DNA from: Macrostomum hystrix | Taxonomy: Eukaryota > Animalia > Platyhelminthes | Assembly: GCA_950097015.1 (NCBI GenBank) | Contig: CATNEN010000038.1 | Location: forward strand, 27,218,001 to 27,282,000 | Direction of reading: 5' to 3' | Length of the DNA stretch: 64,000 nt | Part shown: one piece after another, positions 60,363-64,000 of the stretch | How positions within the stretch are numbered: position 1 is the stretch's first letter | Layout of the letters: the number at the start of each line of letters is the position of its first letter | Made by a program: the position numbers and the translations under genes | The notes under the pieces: model-generated | Databases searched by the model: none | What the model saw: the letters and a program-made list of their open reading frames with translations, nothing else | Told to the model about the DNA's origin: nothing

Positions 60363-60550
60363 CTTCTCAAGGCTGCAAAGGCGAGGGTGTGTGATTGAGG
60401 CTGCTATTGACTGTCTTTAAGTATTTAATAACTTGTTTTATTAGAGCTTGTCTGGTCTATAATAATAAATTTGAAATTATTATTTTCACTATATGAACTT
60501 ATATTACTATGCAAAGGATTTCAGTCAACTCAGTGTGTTATCTATTATTG

Positions 60551-60877
60551 TGGAGCCGTGGCCTAGTGGTTAGGGCGTCAGCCTCAGGACTTGAAGGTCC
60601 ATGGTTCGACTCCCGGACCAGGCGGCGACCTGTGTCCTTGAGCAAGGCACTTAACCACATATTGCTCCAGTTCACCCAGCTGTGATTGGGTACCAGCGCA
60701 AGCTGGGGAATAGAAAGGGTGGAGTGGCGACCCCCCACAGTAACTCTGTGACTGTGACAGCCGTACACAGTCTCAGATGTGCCGCGCACTCGCTGCGGCT
60801 GTGCCTTGACTATACATCTGGCAAAAACTGGCTGCTTGCAGCCTGCCAGGTGTAGTTCTATTCTATTCTATTCTATT
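60551..60877 (+). mobile_element. tRNA-derived SINE family B with a CORE/Deu-Nin-like central domain
   Basis: GTGGCCTAGTGG (box A), GGTTCGACTCCC (box B), then gtgtccttgagcaaggcacttaacc and cacccagctgtgattgggtacc; (TTCTA)n tail; tctatta on both flanks. Confidence 0.85.
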
Positions 60878-62954
60878 ACCTAATTTCAGTAGTCCCAAAA
60901 ATTTGCAAACTCAGTACATACTCATGCAGTGAGTGAGTTTTGTTGCTATTTTTTGGCTGCATTTATGCATTATGCTCATCTTGTCTTAAAAAGCATAGGC
61001 TGTAGCCACCCTTAATAAATTTATTAAAAAAAATTAAAGAAAATTTTCCTTAACTTCTCCCAAAAAAGCTAGTTGTGGCTTGCCAATACATATTATAGAT
61101 AAGTACTAAATATACCAAAAAGGCATATTTAATAATTATTGACAATAGTCTATAATCTATATAAATTGATGACTTGTTACATTGCTACATAGGTCTATGG
61201 AAATAATCCCTATATTTGGAGACATGGCATAGCCAATGATACCAGTGAAGTTGTTGCACTGAATTGTTTATAAATTTATAGTCACAATGATAATAGATCA
61301 GGGCTTGTATTGTTTGTCTTAAAACTTAATCATGCAATGTATTTGAAAAATAACTGCTTGAAAAAGCTGAGCCCCTGTATAGAGCCAACAGTAAAGTACA
61401 GGAAAATACTGTTGAAATACAAAACTTGTTAGTTGATTGGACAAAGTAAAACTAAATAAAACTAAACTAAAAGTTCACCTTTCTGTAATAAATGTTGTCT
61501 CTTGTCACGTCTTGTAAAATGCTATACACATAAAAACAAAACATTGACATTTGGCTCAATATTTCAATATATTTCTTTTTTCTGCTATACATACATTCCA
61601 TTTTAATCTTAGTTATGTACAAAAAATATTGTTCTTATACAGTTTTAATTTTATATGCCAATATGTAAATGTTTTTACTTGGTATATAACTTGAATTATT
61701 GAACTTATTAAATTAGTGAATTTATTATGACTTATTTTATATAATAAATTTTCAGAACTTTTTATAATTTTCTTTGTAAGGCAATGGATCTATACTAATG
61801 GCAGTATTGCTTGACAAGACCATTGAACATGAAAAATGGACACAAATTTCATTGCCATTTTAAGGCCTACTTGACAGAAGAAAAACCCATACATGTGCAA
61901 CCTTCCAAATCTTAGCTGGCCATGCGACTTAGTTCTTGCTCTATTTACGACTTAGTTTGCTCTTATTTGCGACTTAGTTCGTTTCATTGCTCTATTTATG
62001 ACTTAGTTTGACCACAGCTGCAATGACCAGCCCAGCTGTAATGACCAGCCCAGCTGTAATGACCAACCCAGCTGCACTGACCAGCCCATGCATGGAAAAA
62101 CCACACTGCTTTTATCCCAGGAAAAGACCATAGGGGTATTTCAAATACCCAGCCTACTACATGAAAGCTCCCAAAGCAAATGAAAGTTTCATGAAATTTT
62201 CATGAAAGTTCTTATTGATCAACTAAATTTCAAGCAGTGCTTTGCTTAAGATGTTTCAAAATATTTTGGCTACTTCTTGTTTCCTACCTACCGAATCAAT
62301 CTTAAATGGGTCTTAGCACTAGATAGGCTCTAGTAGGGCTATCCTTTATGGATTCTAGACACTTTGTAATCTTACAACTTTGTTAGACTTTAAAGAAACC
62401 CGTGAGTGTATTGTTTTGTAGAGTTATTAATTATTATTTATGTCTGTTATGTATATATAGCAAAACTATAAAATAGCTAAATGACATTTGCATACTATGG
62501 TAAAAAACTTTTATTACAACTTTAGTTATAAACGAGTTTTCTTAGAACAATTTCTGTAATGGCGGCGAGCATTGGGCTTAACCATGTCAACCTATAAATG
62601 TTCATCATTTTTTCTTCGTACTATTGGCGATTGTCGTCTCATTCTAACCTATACTAGCTAGATCTGTATTCTAGACTTGTCTTTTGTCGCACCGTTTAAA
62701 TAACCTCATTTTAGGCTGGACTATGCAGTGGACTTAAAATAGCTTCTTGATTGGCAAAGCCAATAAACAGTTCGGTAAATTCCGCATAGACCTAGTCCAC
62801 CGCATTATAAGGTTTGTTAAACAGTGCGGTTTTTTAACATGTTATAAACTGTGCGTTAGGCCTAAAAACGGCTAACTTCACCACAGGGTAATGTTGACAT
62901 TACTATGCAGTAAAGTTAGTGTTTTTACCGCGTGGTAAAATGTTGCTAAAGTCG

Positions 62955-63840
62955 CCTGCCCTCACTGCCATTGCTAATAGGGTGCCTGTAGCATGAGCAG
63001 CAGCACCTTCTGTACTGGCTGGGGGCAATACGCTTCAGTGCGGATGAGATGGCCCATCAGCAGAAGTTGCCTGCGGCACAGCAACTCGCTTGGATGAGCA
63101 AGGCTGGCGTGGTGATAGGGTAATGTATCATCAACCAAACAAGAATGTGTATTTTTTTAACTTCAAACCTAAGCTACAGATTTTCTATTTAAGATATGAT
63201 GATAAATCAAAAGCCAAGTTATAGAAAACAGTTACATCTTTCTAAAAAGTATCTGCTTTTGCTATTTTATCAAATAGAAAAAAGTTATTCCTGCTTTTTT
63301 TTCTAAAACCGAACAATGATTTTCATGTATCTTCAAACCAAACAGAGAATTTGATGTTTGGTTTTAAAATTTGAGTGAGTGGTTTAATCTTATTTTAAGG
63401 AGTTAACTATCATGAATTATGTCATTTGAAGGCATTTTTCATGCTCTATAAATAACTACATTTATGGTCATTTAATTGGCAAGCAACCACATACAATCTT
63501 TGTCTAAAGTACATACTGAAAAAATGTTGTTAAAAAGTATGCTTTTGTAATAAAAATTTCTACTGAAACATCAATATCTTTCTTTCCTCTTAATGCTTCA
63601 TTGCACATCATGCCTCAGCTTGTAGATAATTTCTTCAACTTTCAAATTAGTTGTTCTGTGAAACACAATAGCTTGTTTCTGTCTTGCATAAGACCAAGGA
63701 AGAAGTCAAAATTCTTGTTCGGTTTTGAAGATACACTGTTCGGTTGATGATACATTACCCTAGACTGCTGCATTGGTGGTGTTGTGTGGTCATAGCCGAG
63801 TTTAAAGGCAGTCCGCAGCAAATTAGTTATGTCCAGTTTC
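62955..63840 (-). pseudogene. LINE (RTE-like) ORF 3' remnant interrupted by a MITE
   Basis: Removing 63118-63760 and one TA restores TTNAAVYHHASLAHPSELLCRRQLLLMGHLIR, like the TNxxLY...RRRRLxxxGHxxR C-terminus of RTE-type ORFs. Confidence 0.7.
63118..63760. mobile_element. MITE / non-autonomous DNA transposon with 24-bp TIRs and a TA target duplication
   Basis: TA|GGGTAATGTATCATCAACCAAACA ... TGTTCGGTTGATGATACATTACCC|TA; AT-rich non-coding interior. Confidence 0.88.
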
Positions 63841-64000
63841 ACTCTTTAATCAGTTGCATTGCTAAGCTAAACCCAAAAATATTTGTTGAAGATTAAGAAG
63901 AAAGATTTTTACATCTCATTTGGGTGCTTAAGTTGAAAAACCCTAAGCTAATTTAATAGTGTTTAAGTTAGAAGGTAATATTTTGGAGGACTTAGGCCCA

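Overview
Eukaryotic (animal) genomic DNA with GT-AG introns, GC-rich exons and introns packed with minisatellites. The style suggests a flatworm such as Macrostomum, which is an inference. Most long ORFs in the track are artefacts of tandem repeats. Genes supported by the sequence: (1) a minus-strand gene of more than 27 kb (27672 to beyond the left edge) for a type I FN3 receptor of the R3 receptor-phosphatase type. It carries seven near-identical, frame-symmetric 252-nt FN3 exon cassettes and three cytoplasmic micro-exons separated by kilobase minisatellites. (2) Three intronless FkbM-family SAM-methyltransferases with type II (Golgi-like) membrane anchors and mosaic near-identity. (3) A KCTD-type BTB gene. 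(4) A four-finger matrin/JAZ-type zinc-finger gene with a mini-hairpin array in its probable 3' UTR. (5) A histone stem-loop-binding protein (SLBP) gene directly upstream of gene 4, possibly forming a trans-spliced operon. Mobile DNA: a degenerate Mag-like Gypsy element with its 3' LTR, mariner and Tc1 remnants, two tRNA-derived SINE families, a Penelope-like remnant, and a TA-targeted MITE that splits a LINE remnant. Exon boundaries were read by eye and are phase-consistent, but none is transcript-confirmed.
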